The notes: a model not told the origin generated them from the letters alone. 64,000 bases of DNA from a bacterium (GCA_963662285.2 CAXXMV010000008.1:992001-1056000), one strand, 5' to 3'; counted from the stretch's first letter, positions 1-11,445 are shown. Translations and numbers: made by a program.

Positions 1-3000
1 TTCATTTTTGCGGCTAAAACTGAGCATATTATCGATAATTTTGGCGGCGCGCTTGCCTGAATCAACTACAGCGTCAATCATTTCAGGGACTTTACGTTGA
101 TTCATATACTCTTCAATAACCTGAATAGTGGTCCCGCATTCTTGCGCTATTTTTGAATTTTGGGGGATTTTATCAGATATACGATTACGAATAACCTGGA
201 TATTTTGAAGAATCCCAGCCAAGGGGTTATTAATTTCATGCGCCATCCCGGCAGCTAAACCTCCAACAGATAGCATCTTCTCGGATTGAATCATCATCTC
301 TTCAATGCGTACGCGTTCAGTTACATCATCAATGCGGATCACTGCTCCTTCAACGCCATTAGCAACCAAGGGATAGATCGTAATATCTGAATAGCGCGTT
401 TCATCATTAATTTTTTTAGCAATTTTCCGCTCACTCTGCACCTGACATTCTTTTATCGCTTTTCTAATTCGATCCATTTCATTTGCGAATTGTGGATAAA
501 CATCGTTCAATATTCGTCCGTGAGCTTGATCAGCTTTTAATCCGGTAGTTTGTTCCGCCTGCAGATTCCATTGCGTCACTTTTCCGTCAGAATCAACGCC
601 AATTAATATGGAAGGCATAGAATTAATAATATTGCTCAACAGGTTTCGAAGACGATTCAAAGATTCTTCGGTCTGTTTACGATCAGTAATATCCTGAAGG
701 ATTCCCAGAGATCCGATAATATTTCCCTTATCGTCACTCACTTGAACTGCTGCATTTGCTACCCACCGTTCTTCGCCAGTACGCGTTTTTAATCTGTAAT
801 CAGCACGCCAACTGATTCCTTCTCCCTGCTGGGCAATATTTATGGCTTCTTCAGGTAATAGGCCTGTCAAATCTCCCATTAAAACTATTTCCTGAGCCAT
901 GGATTCCCAAACTTGATATGTAAATTCATCAGCAGAATACCCCGTTAGCTTTTCAATACCCGGGCCGACAAATTCATAATGTTCGCATGAGTAATCTTGA
1001 TAATATGGAACGGCGCCAGCCACTTCAATAGCCGAACGATAAAGACGCTCACTCTCTTGCAAGGCGTCCTCCGCCTGTTTAAGTTTAATCATGTCCTGCT
1101 TAAGTTTCTCATTCGCAAATTGTATTTCCGCAGTACGTTCGTCAACGATACTTTCAAGGTTGCGGGCATATTGGGCGAGTTTTTTTCTGGAATATAACAA
1201 TGATAACGCCAATAAAATAATGACGGCAATAATGCTATATAGAACAGGCATAAACCAGAAGCGATCTTGAATAGGAATGGAATGAACCTGAAAATCGAAG
1301 CGTGCGGGACTACGGTCAGCATTCAAATTAGTATCAAGCGCGCGAACTTCCACGCTATGTAAACCAACATTTAGAACAGGTATTTGCACCATTTTTTTTG
1401 AATCATAAGAAGACCATTCACTATTATCTATGCGGTAAGAAAAAAGAAGACGTTCGGATGATGTATATTCCCACCTGTCTTTTCCCTCAAACACTATTAT
1501 GGAATTGGTATCTTTGTGTATGTTGTTGGTATTCAAATCAGACGGGAGAAATGTATCAGGCGCATCCATATCTGTATCAGGATAATAAAGAGATAAACCT
1601 TTCGCAGTGCCGCACCACAACCGTCCTTGGCTGTCTTCAAATATATCTCTTATGGTTGAAGAAGGTAAACCATCTTCAACAGTATAACAAACCCAAGAAT
1701 CATCAAATTTCCGGTATAGCCCATTATCCGCGCCAATCCATGCATCTCCATTTTTGGCCGTAATCATGGAACGTACAATCGCTGATGTTTTTTTTATTGA
1801 TCTCCATTTCGTCCCATCATAAGCTAATATTTCTTTTCTGCCTCCCACCCAAATACCGCCATTATCCATTTGGTGAATGGAAAAGGCGCCGTTTTCGGTG
1901 AATCCATCCTCTAATGTAAAATTCTTATATTTGTTATTTTTGTATAAACCAAGACCTCCAACGCCTCCTAACCAGATGTCGCCATTTTTGGCGACAAAAG
2001 GTCTCCGCAATGTAGCAATGCCCCAATCTTGATTATTTAAAATGGTATCAAATTTATTTCCATCATATTTCTCTATGCTATAAGTGGCGCGATCTCCTAG
2101 AGCCGCAATAATCAAGCCATCATTTTGTTGAGAAATATGCCAGATTTCTTTCCCCTCAGGGTGTTTAATAGATTTGAATATACCACTCACAGGATCAAAT
2201 ATCAGAAAATGGTTTAAAATCAGATTGTTATCATCGATATTCCAAATTTCTACAACAAAACGCCCATCAGGTAATATGGATATTGCATTTGAATTATAAT
2301 AGTCTACGGCAAATCCTTTTGGTAAAGGATACGTTTTCCATTTTCCATCCAAGAAAGAAGCCAAGTGTGTACCGCAAGCAAACCAGACAGTTCCATCCGA
2401 ACTTTCACAAATCGAATGCACTGGTGATTTTATATGTTTAATTTGTAGAGGAGTTCTCCACAGAGAAGGAGAATATCTGACTAATCCTTGATCGGTCGCC
2501 AACCAAAACACTCCATTGTTTTCAACGGCTGCGTCTACAACTCTCCCGGATAAATCAATTTTTTCTATTTTATCATTAATGAAATATAGATTATTACTAA
2601 GCAGAACCCAGATATCTCCATTGGGATTAAGCCAGCCCATTTGGATATATTCCTCAGAATATAATTTATTCCACGCGTGACCATCAAATTGAAGCAAACT
2701 TGTTTGATCTGTTTCAATATCTGATGCGACAACAAAAACTTCTGCATTTGAACCAACTATGAGATTCCTGAAATTGCGATAAACTTGGTTATCGCAAATA
2801 AAATCATCCCATTGAAACGCGGAATCTGAATTATTAGAAGGAATCATCTTTGCGATTCCATTTTCTCCAACAATCCAAAAACCCGATGCTCTATCTGGTT
2901 GCAAATCAACAAAATGTTTTAATTTGGTTTCAAACGCTTTTTTCAAAACTCGGGTATTCATGGTTTCTATATTAAATTCGACGATTTGATCTGACAGTAA

Positions 3001-3459
3001 AAGCAATATGCGATTCTCATCGATTGGATAAAAAGAAAGAATTCCATCAATACCAGGCGGGATAGGATAACGTTGCCACTCATCATTGATGTATTTATAT
3101 GCAATATTAAATCTTAATCCCCAAATATTACCGGCAGGATTTTCATAAACAACAGGATATTCATCTTCACTGGGATATTCATTTTGATTGCTGGAATCAC
3201 CGGGAAGAGGTATTTTATAAAATTCATTACCATCATAATTTGTTATATTTGGAACATCCCCATGCCTGATCCACACTTTTCCATTAGGGCTGATACTTAC
3301 GCTTCTTGAGTAATTTTCTTCTAAACCATCTTGTACTGTCCAAGTACGAAAATCACGAAAACTTACACTCCAAACATTATTCAAGACAAAAAATGATAAA
3401 AAAATCAAGGATATAACATATTTTTCACATATTAATTCTCGAAATAAATATTTTCTCAT
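1..3459 (-). CDS. Membrane-bound sensor histidine kinase (beta-propeller + Y_Y_Y periplasmic region, TM helix, PAS domains, HisKA); 3' end runs off the window
   Basis: Not in ORF track. Manual translation of several segments in one frame: start MRKYLFRELICEKYVISLIFLSFFVLNNVWSVSFRDFRTWTVQDGL (ATG 3459), Y_Y_Y-like HSVEVRALDTNLNADRSPARFDFQV (~1280-1360), TM FWFMPVLYSIIAVIILLALS (~1201-1260), H-box QSEKMLSVGGLAAGMAHEINNPL (~220-290). Not every codon in between was checked. Confidence 0.88.
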   Translation of the reverse strand, partial: MRKYLFRELICEKYVISLIFLSFFVLNNVWSVSFRDFRTWTVQDGLEENYSRSVSISPNGKVWIRHGDVPNITNYDGNEFYKIPLPGDSSNQNEYPSEDEYPVVYENPAGNIWGLRFNIAYKYINDEWQRYPIPPGIDGILSFYPIDENRILLLLSDQIVEFNIETMNTRVLKKAFETKLKHFVDLQPDRASGFWIVGENGIAKMIPSNNSDSAFQWDDFICDNQVYRNFRNLIVGSNAEVFVVASDIETDQTSLLQFDGHAWNKLYSEEYIQMGWLNPNGDIWVLLSNNLYFINDKIEKIDLSGRVVDAAVENNGVFWLATDQGLVRYSPSLWRTPLQIKHIKSPVHSICESSDGTVWFACGTHLASFLDGKWKTYPLPKGFAVDYYNSNAISILPDGRFVVEIWNIDDNNLILNHFLIFDPVSGIFKSIKHPEGKEIWHISQQNDGLIIAALGDRATYSIEKYDGNKFDTILNNQDWGIATLRRPFVAKNGDIWLGGVGGLGLYKNNKYKNFTLEDGFTENGAFSIHQMDNGGIWVGGRKEILAYDGTKWRSIKKTSAIVRSMITAKNGDAWIGADNGLYRKFDDSWVCYTVEDGLPSSTIRDIFEDSQGRLWCGTAKGLSLYYPDTDMDAPDTFLPSDLNTNNIHKDTNSIIVFEGKDRWEYTSSERLLFSYRIDNSEWSSYDSKKMVQIPVLNVGLHSVEVRALDTNLNADRSPARFDFQVHSIPIQDRFWFMPVLYSIIAVIILLALSLLYSRKKLAQYARNLESIVDERTAEIQFANEKLKQDMIKLKQAEDALQESERLYRSAIEVAGAVPYYQDYSCEHYEFVGPGIEKLTGYSADEFTYQVWESMAQEIVLMGDLTGLLPEEAINIAQQGEGISWRADYRLKTRTGEERWVANAAVQVSDDKGNIIGSLGILQDITDRKQTEESLNRLRNLLSNIINSMPSILIGVDSDGKVTQWNLQAEQTTGLKADQAHGRILNDVYPQFANEMDRIRKAIKECQVQSERKIAKKINDETRYSDITIYPLVANGVEGAVIRIDDVTERVRIEEMMIQSEKMLSVGGLAAGMAHEINNPLAGILQNIQVIRNRISDKIPQNSKIAQECGTTIQVIEEYMNQRKVPEMIDAVVDSGKRAAKIIDNMLSFSRKNE

Positions 3460-3640
3460 AATTCTACCCTTGAGTTACAGTGCATTTTAAAACACATAAA
3501 CCTTAAATATGCATATTAATAATAGTATATCGGTATTTGCATCAACAATATTATAAATACAGAAGCAATTTACGTGCCATCGATAAACTATTATATCAAT
3601 GGTACGTAAATATTTTTTAAAAATTATTTCTGATGCGCAC

Positions 3641-4948
3641 TCATTTTTTCAAATGAATAACGGTTTCCAGGTGGTAGGTTTGAGGGAACATATCGAAAGG
3701 AACTATGCTTTGAATCTGGTATCCACTATCAACCAGTGATTTTACATCACGGGCCAGAGCTGCCGGATGGCAGGAAACGATCACCATTTCAGGAGCGGAT
3801 TTCTTGATAATTTCTTCTCTCACTTCATTGGAAAGCCCCGCTCTAGGAGGATTAAGAACCACGCAATCAAAACTTTTCTCACTATTATATTGCAGGAATT
3901 TCTCGATGGAGTCATTTACAATCTTGATACGCTCAGATAAATCTTCCAATTCCACCAGGCGCTTAGCTTCTTTAGCGGACGCTTTATTCAACTCAACGCC
4001 AGTAGCATGTTTAAAACAAGAGCTCAGGCTCATGGTTAGAAACCCGACTCCACAATAACCATCAAGCACCGTCTCCATCGACTGGTATGGAAGATCAATC
4101 ACATGTTGATAGAGTTTCTGGCGCACCACGTCATTGACCTGGAAAAATGAATCAGCCGCAATATCAATCTCTTCAGGCGCAACGCTATCACGCTGAGCGG
4201 CATTTTGCCTGATTTCTTTTTTACTCTCGCCCCGCAATATAATCTCATCAAACAATTCATCATTCATTGAAGCCAGTTTTAGAATATTATTAGCGCTTTC
4301 CGGTGAGAATAACACATCGAAAAATCTTACGGATAATCTATCATTCACCACCTGAAACTGGACTCTCGAGGCCTGGGGACGCTTGCGGTTGGCTGTTTTA
4401 ATACTGGGCCGGACGTCATTAAGCGCTTGTTGAATAAGCGGCATAGCCTGCCGGATAACCGGATGAGCAATAGAGCAATCCTCTACCATCACAGGTTTAT
4501 TAGGCTGATATACATGATGAAAAGCAAAAACGATCTTGCCGCGCATAGTACGAAGCGGCAGTACAATCTTATTGCGGTACTGCCAAGGCGGAGAAGATTC
4601 AACATCATCCGGTTCAACCTCAAGATGAGCCACCCGGCGGAAGGTTTCCTTGAGCCACTCGCGCTTCAATGAGCGTTGATCTTCATAGGCAATATGCTGC
4701 AAATGGCATCCACCGCATTTAGCATAATATGGACAGGTAGGCGTGATGCGCTGAGGCGCGTCGTCGCTTCGTTCAATTAATTCGAGTGGAAGCCCGCGCT
4801 CAAAGTTCTTTTTCCGCTCGATAATTTCCACTTCCCAGGTTTCTCCGGGCAGCGTAAACGGAACAAAAACAGCTTTCCCATCGACGCGGGCGATGCCTTC
4901 TCCCCGCGTTGACAGGGTTGATACAGTAAGTTTGGTTTTATTATCCAT
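3641..4948 (-). CDS. rlmD: 23S rRNA (uracil-5-)-methyltransferase, RlmD/RumA family
   Basis: N-terminal TRAM domain, CPYYAKCGGC Fe-S motif, SFFQVN, LDGYCGVG, NPPRAG, VSC and DMFPQTYHLE motifs. Confidence 0.9.
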   Translation of the reverse strand: MDNKTKLTVSTLSTRGEGIARVDGKAVFVPFTLPGETWEVEIIERKKNFERGLPLELIERSDDAPQRITPTCPYYAKCGGCHLQHIAYEDQRSLKREWLKETFRRVAHLEVEPDDVESSPPWQYRNKIVLPLRTMRGKIVFAFHHVYQPNKPVMVEDCSIAHPVIRQAMPLIQQALNDVRPSIKTANRKRPQASRVQFQVVNDRLSVRFFDVLFSPESANNILKLASMNDELFDEIILRGESKKEIRQNAAQRDSVAPEEIDIAADSFFQVNDVVRQKLYQHVIDLPYQSMETVLDGYCGVGFLTMSLSSCFKHATGVELNKASAKEAKRLVELEDLSERIKIVNDSIEKFLQYNSEKSFDCVVLNPPRAGLSNEVREEIIKKSAPEMVIVSCHPAALARDVKSLVDSGYQIQSIVPFDMFPQTYHLETVIHLKK

Positions 4949-4979
4949 TAATTATAGACCTTAGGCGGTCATCTCTTTA

Positions 4980-7634
4980 CTATAGATCTGCTACGACCAT
5001 CTCTTTAAATTTTTCCAGCGCTTCAGGCAGTTTATCAGGATTCCTGCCGCCTGCCTGGGCGCGGTCTTTTCTTCCGCCGCCGCCGCCTCCGGTAATCTTG
5101 GCCATCTCTTTGACCAGTTTCCCGGCGTTAAGCGTTCCGGTTAAATCCTCGCTCACTCCGCAAATGAAAGTCACTTTATCCTGACCTTTGGCAGCCAGGA
5201 CAGCGACAATCTTGCTGGCGCCGTTCATCAGTGAATCCATAGCGGATTGCAGGTCTTCCGTACTGCCAGATTCGACTTCACGCGCAATGATGGTAACACC
5301 GTTCACTTGCTCAGCGCCTTCGGTGAGATTGGTAGTTTCGCCTTGCAGCAGTTTTTGGCGCAGTTCACGGTTTTCTTTTTCGAGTTGCTTGATCTGAGCA
5401 TTCATTCGCGTCAACCGCTCTGGAAGATCATCTGCTGAGGTTTTTAGTTCCAATGCCAGTTGGCGCAATAAATCATGTTCCTTAATAGTATACTCGACAG
5501 CCTTCTTTCCGGTAATTGCTTCGATGCGGCGGTTTCCGGCGGAAATTGAACTTTCACTCAAAATACGGAAGCATCCAATCTCGCCAGTCGTTTTAACATG
5601 GGTTCCACCGCACAGTTCTAAACTGACCGATGACTCTGAATTACCTTGATTTACCACTTCGACCATACGCACTTCATTGCCGTATTTTTCGCCGAATAGC
5701 GCTGTCGCGCCTCGTTTTTTGGCTTCATCCAGAGATACGGTTGCAGTTGCCACCGGGTGATTTTCATATACCCACTGGTTGACAGATGCTTCGATAGCGC
5801 TTAATTCTTCCGGCTTAACTGATTCGTAATGAGTAAAGTCGAAGCGCAGAGACCCGGTTTCAACCAATGAACCTGATTGCTTGACATGATTTCCTAAAGT
5901 AGAACGCAAGGCCGCTTGCAGCAGATGAGTCGCAGTATGATTCTTCTCGACTGGTTTACGTGATGCGTCATCAACTTTAAGTCTAACCTTGTCGCCTTGT
6001 CTGGCGGTTCCCCGTTCAATGGTTCCAAAATGGACGAAGACGTTGGAGGCGGTTTTACGGGTGACTTCAATTTGGATTAAAAGATCATCTTCCGCGAGGC
6101 CTTCAATGACGCCCTTGTCTCCAACCTGACCGCCGGATTCGGCGTAAAATGGAGTGGTTTCGACAACCACTTCAATAGCCTGTCCCGCAATGGCGGATTC
6201 GATCCGTTCGCCTTTGCAGAAGATGGCCTGAATTTCGCTCTCTTCCTCTACCGAGTCATAACCAGTGAATTTCGACGCGGGCACGCCGACATCAACCTCA
6301 ACCTTGGTCTCGCCCGATCCCTTCCAGGCGGCCTGGGCGCGTTTGCGCTGCTCTTCCATGCACGTTTGAAAAGCTGCGTCATCGTAACCTGCAAAATCAC
6401 GTTCCAGGAGTATTTCCTTGGTCAGGTCAGCCGGAAAGCCATAGGTGTCATAAAGCGCGAAGGCTTTATCGCCAGCCAATAGTTGCTCTTTGGAAGACTG
6501 CATCTCCTCGATCATCTCTTCCAATTTGCCCAATCCACGGTTGATGGTGCTGCGGAAGGCGTCTTCCTCAGCAGTTGCAATGCGCTTGGTGAATTTGAGG
6601 CTTTCAACCAGATCGGGATATTCCTTGCAATTGACTTCAGCCACCATTTCCATGGCCGGGGCCATCAGGTTGCTATCGATGCCCAATATCAAACCATGGC
6701 GGATGGCGCGGCGCATGATGCGGCGCAGCACATAGCCCCGTCCGGTATTGGCGGGAGTTACTTGATCGGTCAACACGAATAAAGTAGCGCGCAGATGATC
6801 CGCCAAAACACGAAAGGAGACGTCACGCGCTGCATCGTCTCGGAATTTGAAACCGGAAATGTTTTCGAAATATTGAATAATTGGATAGAGGGTATCGGTT
6901 TCGTAGTTGGAATGAACGCCCTGTTTAATGGCCGCCAGACGTTCCAGCCCAAGCCCGGTATCAATGTTCTTACGATCCAGTGGAGGCAGCGAACCATCGG
7001 CCTGCCGGTCGTATTGGGTAAATACCAGGTTCCAGTATTCCAGAAAGCGGTTGTCTTCGCTCTCATCAACCGGAGTGGCGTTTTCTTTGCCCGTGCCGTA
7101 TTGTTCGCCTAGATCATAATATAATTCAGAGCAGGGGCCGGATGGCCCAAGGATGCCTGAACTGGGCCAAAAGTTATCCTTGGCGCCCATGCGGACAATG
7201 CGGCTGGCATCGATATCGGTCTCTTTCAGCCAGATATCAGCCGACTCTTCATCTTCTTCAAATATGCTTACCCAGATTTTTTCTTTATCCAGTTGCATAT
7301 CTTCAAGCGAGAATTCCCAAGCCCAGCGGATGGCGTCTTGCTTGAAATAATCGCCGAATGAGAAGTTGCCCAACATCTCAAAGAAAGTATGGTGGCGTTC
7401 GGTATGGCCGACGTTTTCGATATCACTGGTGCGGAAGCATTTTTGGCAGGTAGTAGCCCTTTTCAGGGAATCGCCCATTTCGCCTCTAAAATAGGGCTTA
7501 AACTGAACCATGCCCGCACTGGAAAACAGCAGGGTAGGATCATTTTTAGGCGCCAGCGAATCGCTAGGCCATGCTTCGTGTCCTCTTTTAACAAAAAATT
7601 CCCGGTAACTATCTCGTATTTCCTGGGTTTTCAT
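4980..7634 (-). CDS. alaS: Alanine--tRNA ligase
   Basis: DPTLLFSSAGMVQFK, HHTFFEMLGNFSFGDYFK, DTGLGLERL, editing motifs NHTATHLL and ELCGGTH, C-terminal GGGGGGRKDRAQAGG. Start moved to ATG 7634 (MKTQEIR) behind a purine-rich RBS. Confidence 0.98.
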   Translation of the reverse strand: MKTQEIRDSYREFFVKRGHEAWPSDSLAPKNDPTLLFSSAGMVQFKPYFRGEMGDSLKRATTCQKCFRTSDIENVGHTERHHTFFEMLGNFSFGDYFKQDAIRWAWEFSLEDMQLDKEKIWVSIFEEDEESADIWLKETDIDASRIVRMGAKDNFWPSSGILGPSGPCSELYYDLGEQYGTGKENATPVDESEDNRFLEYWNLVFTQYDRQADGSLPPLDRKNIDTGLGLERLAAIKQGVHSNYETDTLYPIIQYFENISGFKFRDDAARDVSFRVLADHLRATLFVLTDQVTPANTGRGYVLRRIMRRAIRHGLILGIDSNLMAPAMEMVAEVNCKEYPDLVESLKFTKRIATAEEDAFRSTINRGLGKLEEMIEEMQSSKEQLLAGDKAFALYDTYGFPADLTKEILLERDFAGYDDAAFQTCMEEQRKRAQAAWKGSGETKVEVDVGVPASKFTGYDSVEEESEIQAIFCKGERIESAIAGQAIEVVVETTPFYAESGGQVGDKGVIEGLAEDDLLIQIEVTRKTASNVFVHFGTIERGTARQGDKVRLKVDDASRKPVEKNHTATHLLQAALRSTLGNHVKQSGSLVETGSLRFDFTHYESVKPEELSAIEASVNQWVYENHPVATATVSLDEAKKRGATALFGEKYGNEVRMVEVVNQGNSESSVSLELCGGTHVKTTGEIGCFRILSESSISAGNRRIEAITGKKAVEYTIKEHDLLRQLALELKTSADDLPERLTRMNAQIKQLEKENRELRQKLLQGETTNLTEGAEQVNGVTIIAREVESGSTEDLQSAMDSLMNGASKIVAVLAAKGQDKVTFICGVSEDLTGTLNAGKLVKEMAKITGGGGGGRKDRAQAGGRNPDKLPEALEKFKEMVVADL

Positions 7635-7939
7635 CCTATCACCTTCTCTATAATTCAAGTTATAAATTTGTTGATTTCAAATTGAATAGAAACAAAAAAG
7701 TATAAAAGCAACCCAGCAAAGCGGCAATGGCTTCAATCTCTGGATCGAACGTAGAACCTAAAAACAATTGACGCCAAATGAATATCTACAGTGGTTCTCA
7801 AGAACCTTACCGTGTATTATTGAGTAATCTTAAAATTTAATAATTATGTAACTGTCAAATTGTTTTGTTTTTTTACGGGAAAATCATTAAAATACTTTAT
7901 ATAGATTTTATTTAACATTTCTTTGTAGGGAGATAGAAA

Positions 7940-9058
7940 ATGAAAAAAGTAATTTTCACCGTTTTATGCTGCACAATCGCAATGATCTCTTTCGCACAGG
8001 ATCAGGTCTTCATCACTGGATTTGAAGATACTGAAGAAATAACCGGAGAGTGGAGTTGGATAGGGGGCGCATTCACATCATTCGTCGATTATCCAACCGA
8101 TCCAGCGCCGGTTGAAGGTGAGGCCGCACTGGTGGTAATCTATGACAACAATGGTTCTGAATGGCAGCACGCCAGAATGGATTTCGCTGTTCCCGCCGTC
8201 GATCTAACCGGGATGCGCGAGATTCGCATGTCGGTTTATTTCACTCCTGAATCTACCGGAGATATGAGTATTCGCTTCGACTTACCGAATGGGAACAGTC
8301 TCGGTTTCGCTTATGTCCCGAATACGGGAGAATGGCATGAATTGTCTTGGAAAATTGACCGGTTGACATCCGCTACCAGAGTGAGCAGCGTTGGCTATAT
8401 TCAAGGTTTTATCTGTCCCACTCCAGGCGATGCAGCTGGTGAAGTGTTTATTGACAATATGTACGCCATCCGGCCTGCCTCAATGCCCGAACTCGAAGAA
8501 ATCATGCTTTATGGATTCAATGAAGCCGATCCAGAAACCAGCGCTCCATCCGGCTGGATCAACGCGGAAGGCGCGTTACCGGAATTAACCAACGATTGGG
8601 TAGAACCTTTAGAAGGTTCGGATTCAATGGTGTTTTTCGCTGGGGGTGGATATCTACAAAATATAGTTACCACAAACGCTCTTGAAGTTTTCGACAGATG
8701 GGATGAAGTAAGCGAAATACTGTTTGATCTTAGGATCGCTGAGTCAGTCCCAGGAGATTGGCTTCAAAGCCGTTTGCGTTTTCGATCCGGCATTACAGGC
8801 AACGATGATGCCTTAGTCGAAGAAACCACCAAGGAAATGGGATACTCCGACGCAACCGAAGCATGGAAAACCATGTTATTTGAAGTGGATTTATCCAACC
8901 ATGTCGATAACATGAATGATCCCAACGGCTGGTTTGAAATCCGCATTGATACTAACAACGCTGCCTCCGCAGATGGATTTGCGATATTCATCGATAATTT
9001 CAGGGTTGCAGTTCCTGTCGGCGGTCCAGTCAACGTCTCTGAATGGAACCTGTATTAG
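7940..9058 (+). CDS. Secreted protein with two carbohydrate-binding-like jelly-roll domains and C-terminal VxxWxxY motif
   Basis: Signal peptide MKKVIFTVLCCTIAMISFAQ; two internally similar halves (ITGFE...FIDNMYA / LYGFNE...FIDNFRV); ends VNVSEWNLY. Confidence 0.65.
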   Translation: MKKVIFTVLCCTIAMISFAQDQVFITGFEDTEEITGEWSWIGGAFTSFVDYPTDPAPVEGEAALVVIYDNNGSEWQHARMDFAVPAVDLTGMREIRMSVYFTPESTGDMSIRFDLPNGNSLGFAYVPNTGEWHELSWKIDRLTSATRVSSVGYIQGFICPTPGDAAGEVFIDNMYAIRPASMPELEEIMLYGFNEADPETSAPSGWINAEGALPELTNDWVEPLEGSDSMVFFAGGGYLQNIVTTNALEVFDRWDEVSEILFDLRIAESVPGDWLQSRLRFRSGITGNDDALVEETTKEMGYSDATEAWKTMLFEVDLSNHVDNMNDPNGWFEIRIDTNNAASADGFAIFIDNFRVAVPVGGPVNVSEWNLY

Positions 9059-9089
9059 AATAATTATCAATAATTATATTGAAACCTTT

Positions 9090-9123
9090 AATGGGATGAG
9101 TGATTCGACTCATCCCATTTTTT
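9090..9123 (+). terminator. Rho-independent terminator
   Basis: AATGGGATGAGT-GATTCG-ACTCATCCCATT perfect 12-bp stem followed by T run, 30 bp after the 9058 stop. Confidence 0.85.
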
Positions 9124-9197
9124 ATATTTAATATCATTCCCTATCATTTCATGAGTAATAAGTTAATAATTATTGATTAATATTAGAGGAGAAAATT

Positions 9198-11414
9198 ATG
9201 CGGTTCCTATTGGTTATATTAACCTTATTCATGGGTCTTACGGCTCAATCAAGAGATAATGCTTATCAGCCATTCCAGGATGATTGGTTGATTAAATCAG
9301 TATCCGGTCAAGCGGGAATTAATGAAATTGCAGACGGCAATGAACTGGTCATCAGCAATGGATTGATAGCCCGGACATTCCGCCTGCAACCAAATTTGAC
9401 CAGCATCGGTTTCAAGAACTTGAAATCCGACCGAGAATTCATTCGCGGAGTCAAACCCGAAGCTATTATAAAAATCGACGGACAAACATACCAAGTCGGT
9501 GGTCTTCTCGGACAACCGGACTATGGCTACTTAAATCCCACATGGCTCGAGTCAATGACCAGCGATCCTAATGCTTTTCAATACCAGGACTACACTATTG
9601 GAAAAACCGCCGAACGGTTTCCCTGGAAGAAGAAAAGGTATTGTGAAGACCGCGCCTGGCCGCCGCAAGGCATATCTATAACCTTCCGTTTCACTCCTCC
9701 AGCAAAATTAGCGGAAACTCATAACGGTCTGGAACTCTACGTCCATTACGAAATGTATCAGGAGATACCAGTACTATCCAAATGGATAACTCTTAAAAAT
9801 AACTCAAACCAATGCATCACGATTGACGAACTGACTACAGAAATTCTGGCTGTGGTTGAGCAAGACAGCGAAGTCAACCTGGCCCGCTCCACCAGACCCC
9901 GTACATATAAAGACTTTATCGATCCCAACGACCTGGCCGCCATGTCCAACCTTCGCTTGCACGTACAGAGCGACTATGCATTTTGCGGAGGGACTCCCAA
10001 ATCTTCCGATCAGACAAACTTCTGGGAACCTGATCCAGATTATAAAACCCAGGTCAATTACGACCTTACCTGGCCTCATCTTTTCACCAGCCGCTATCCC
10101 TATGGCCCCGGCGCCAGGATTGATGCGGGCGACTCATTCACCTCGTTCCGAACCTTCGAGTTGCTGCATGACTCTGACGATTTTGAACGAAAGGGATTAG
10201 CGGTCAGACGAATGCACAGAGTATTGGCGCCCTGGTGCACCGAGAATCCACTAATGCTCCACTTGCGCTATTCCGATTCTGAATCAATCCGCCGGGCGGT
10301 TGATCAATGCGTAGCGGTCGGTTTCGAGATGATCATTCTAAGTTTCGGCAGCGGAATTAACATGGAGAGCGATAATCAGGAATATATACAACGCATCAAA
10401 GCCGACGTCGATTACGCCCACAGCAAGGGCATAGAAATTGGCGGTTACTCTTTACTGGCCTCACGCAGCGCCGGGCCGGAGCATGACGTGATTGATCCAG
10501 AGACTGGCAAACCCAAAGCCTACTTCGGCAATTCTCCCTGCCTGTGCAGTGAATGGGGTGAGCGCTATTTCAAAAACTTGAAAAATTTCATCATCCAGAC
10601 TGGCTGCGACATCCTGGAGCATGACGGATCATATCCCGGCGATATTTGCGCATCAACCAACCACCCGGGACATCATGGATTAAACGACTCGCAGTGGACC
10701 CAGTACAACAAGATAACCGAGTTCTATCATTGGTGCCGCGCCAACGGAGTTTATTTGAATGTGCCGGATTATTATTTCTTCCAGGGTTCCAACAAATCGG
10801 CCATGGGATACAGAGAAACCAACTGGAGCCTGCCCCGTGCGCAACAGATTATACATGGCCGCAAAAATATATACGATGGGACATGGCTTAAGGCGCCCAG
10901 CATGGGTTGGATGTTTGTGCCGCTAGTTGAATATCACGGCGGTGGAGCGGCGGCTACGATTGAGCCATTGCATGAACATCTTGATACTTACGAAACCCTA
11001 CTGGTTGAAAATCTTGGAGCTGGAGTGCAGGCCTGTTACCGCGGCCCGCGTTTATACGATACTGATGAGACCAAAGCTATGGTTAAAAAATGGGTGGATT
11101 TTTATAAAGAATACCGCTCCATTCTTGATTCAGACGTCATTCATCTGCGCCGCCCCGATGGACGCGACTGGGATGGATTGCTGCATGTTAATCCTGACCT
11201 CAAAAAACGCGGCTTCGCCTTGCTCTTCAATCCTACTGATCAAACCATCCAACGGGATATCCAGCTGCCTCTGTACTACACCGGCTTAACCAAAACCGCC
11301 AAAGTACGGGAGCAAGACGGCAAATTCAAAAAATATAAATTAAACCGCGATTACAGCATCGATTTGTCTTTTGAGATTAAAGCTCAATCATGGACGTGGT
11401 TTGTTATTGAGTAA
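9198..11414 (+). CDS. Secreted glycoside hydrolase, alpha-galactosidase (GH36-like) family
   Basis: Signal peptide; N-terminal beta-sandwich (ISNGLIARTF) and TIM-barrel-like region with GFEMIILSFGSG and LEHDGSYPGD, resembling proteins commonly annotated as alpha-galactosidase. Confidence 0.65.
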   Translation: MRFLLVILTLFMGLTAQSRDNAYQPFQDDWLIKSVSGQAGINEIADGNELVISNGLIARTFRLQPNLTSIGFKNLKSDREFIRGVKPEAIIKIDGQTYQVGGLLGQPDYGYLNPTWLESMTSDPNAFQYQDYTIGKTAERFPWKKKRYCEDRAWPPQGISITFRFTPPAKLAETHNGLELYVHYEMYQEIPVLSKWITLKNNSNQCITIDELTTEILAVVEQDSEVNLARSTRPRTYKDFIDPNDLAAMSNLRLHVQSDYAFCGGTPKSSDQTNFWEPDPDYKTQVNYDLTWPHLFTSRYPYGPGARIDAGDSFTSFRTFELLHDSDDFERKGLAVRRMHRVLAPWCTENPLMLHLRYSDSESIRRAVDQCVAVGFEMIILSFGSGINMESDNQEYIQRIKADVDYAHSKGIEIGGYSLLASRSAGPEHDVIDPETGKPKAYFGNSPCLCSEWGERYFKNLKNFIIQTGCDILEHDGSYPGDICASTNHPGHHGLNDSQWTQYNKITEFYHWCRANGVYLNVPDYYFFQGSNKSAMGYRETNWSLPRAQQIIHGRKNIYDGTWLKAPSMGWMFVPLVEYHGGGAAATIEPLHEHLDTYETLLVENLGAGVQACYRGPRLYDTDETKAMVKKWVDFYKEYRSILDSDVIHLRRPDGRDWDGLLHVNPDLKKRGFALLFNPTDQTIQRDIQLPLYYTGLTKTAKVREQDGKFKKYKLNRDYSIDLSFEIKAQSWTWFVIE

Positions 11415-11445
11415 TTTTTTGCTATAAGCCTATAGGAGAAATTTC

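Noticed and set aside
997-2756. Small ORFs 997-1197, 1089-1322, 1398-1763 and 2565-2756 as genes or evidence of a frameshift
   Set aside because: They overlap the long minus-strand kinase, whose start, Y_Y_Y, TM and H-box segments all fall in one frame.
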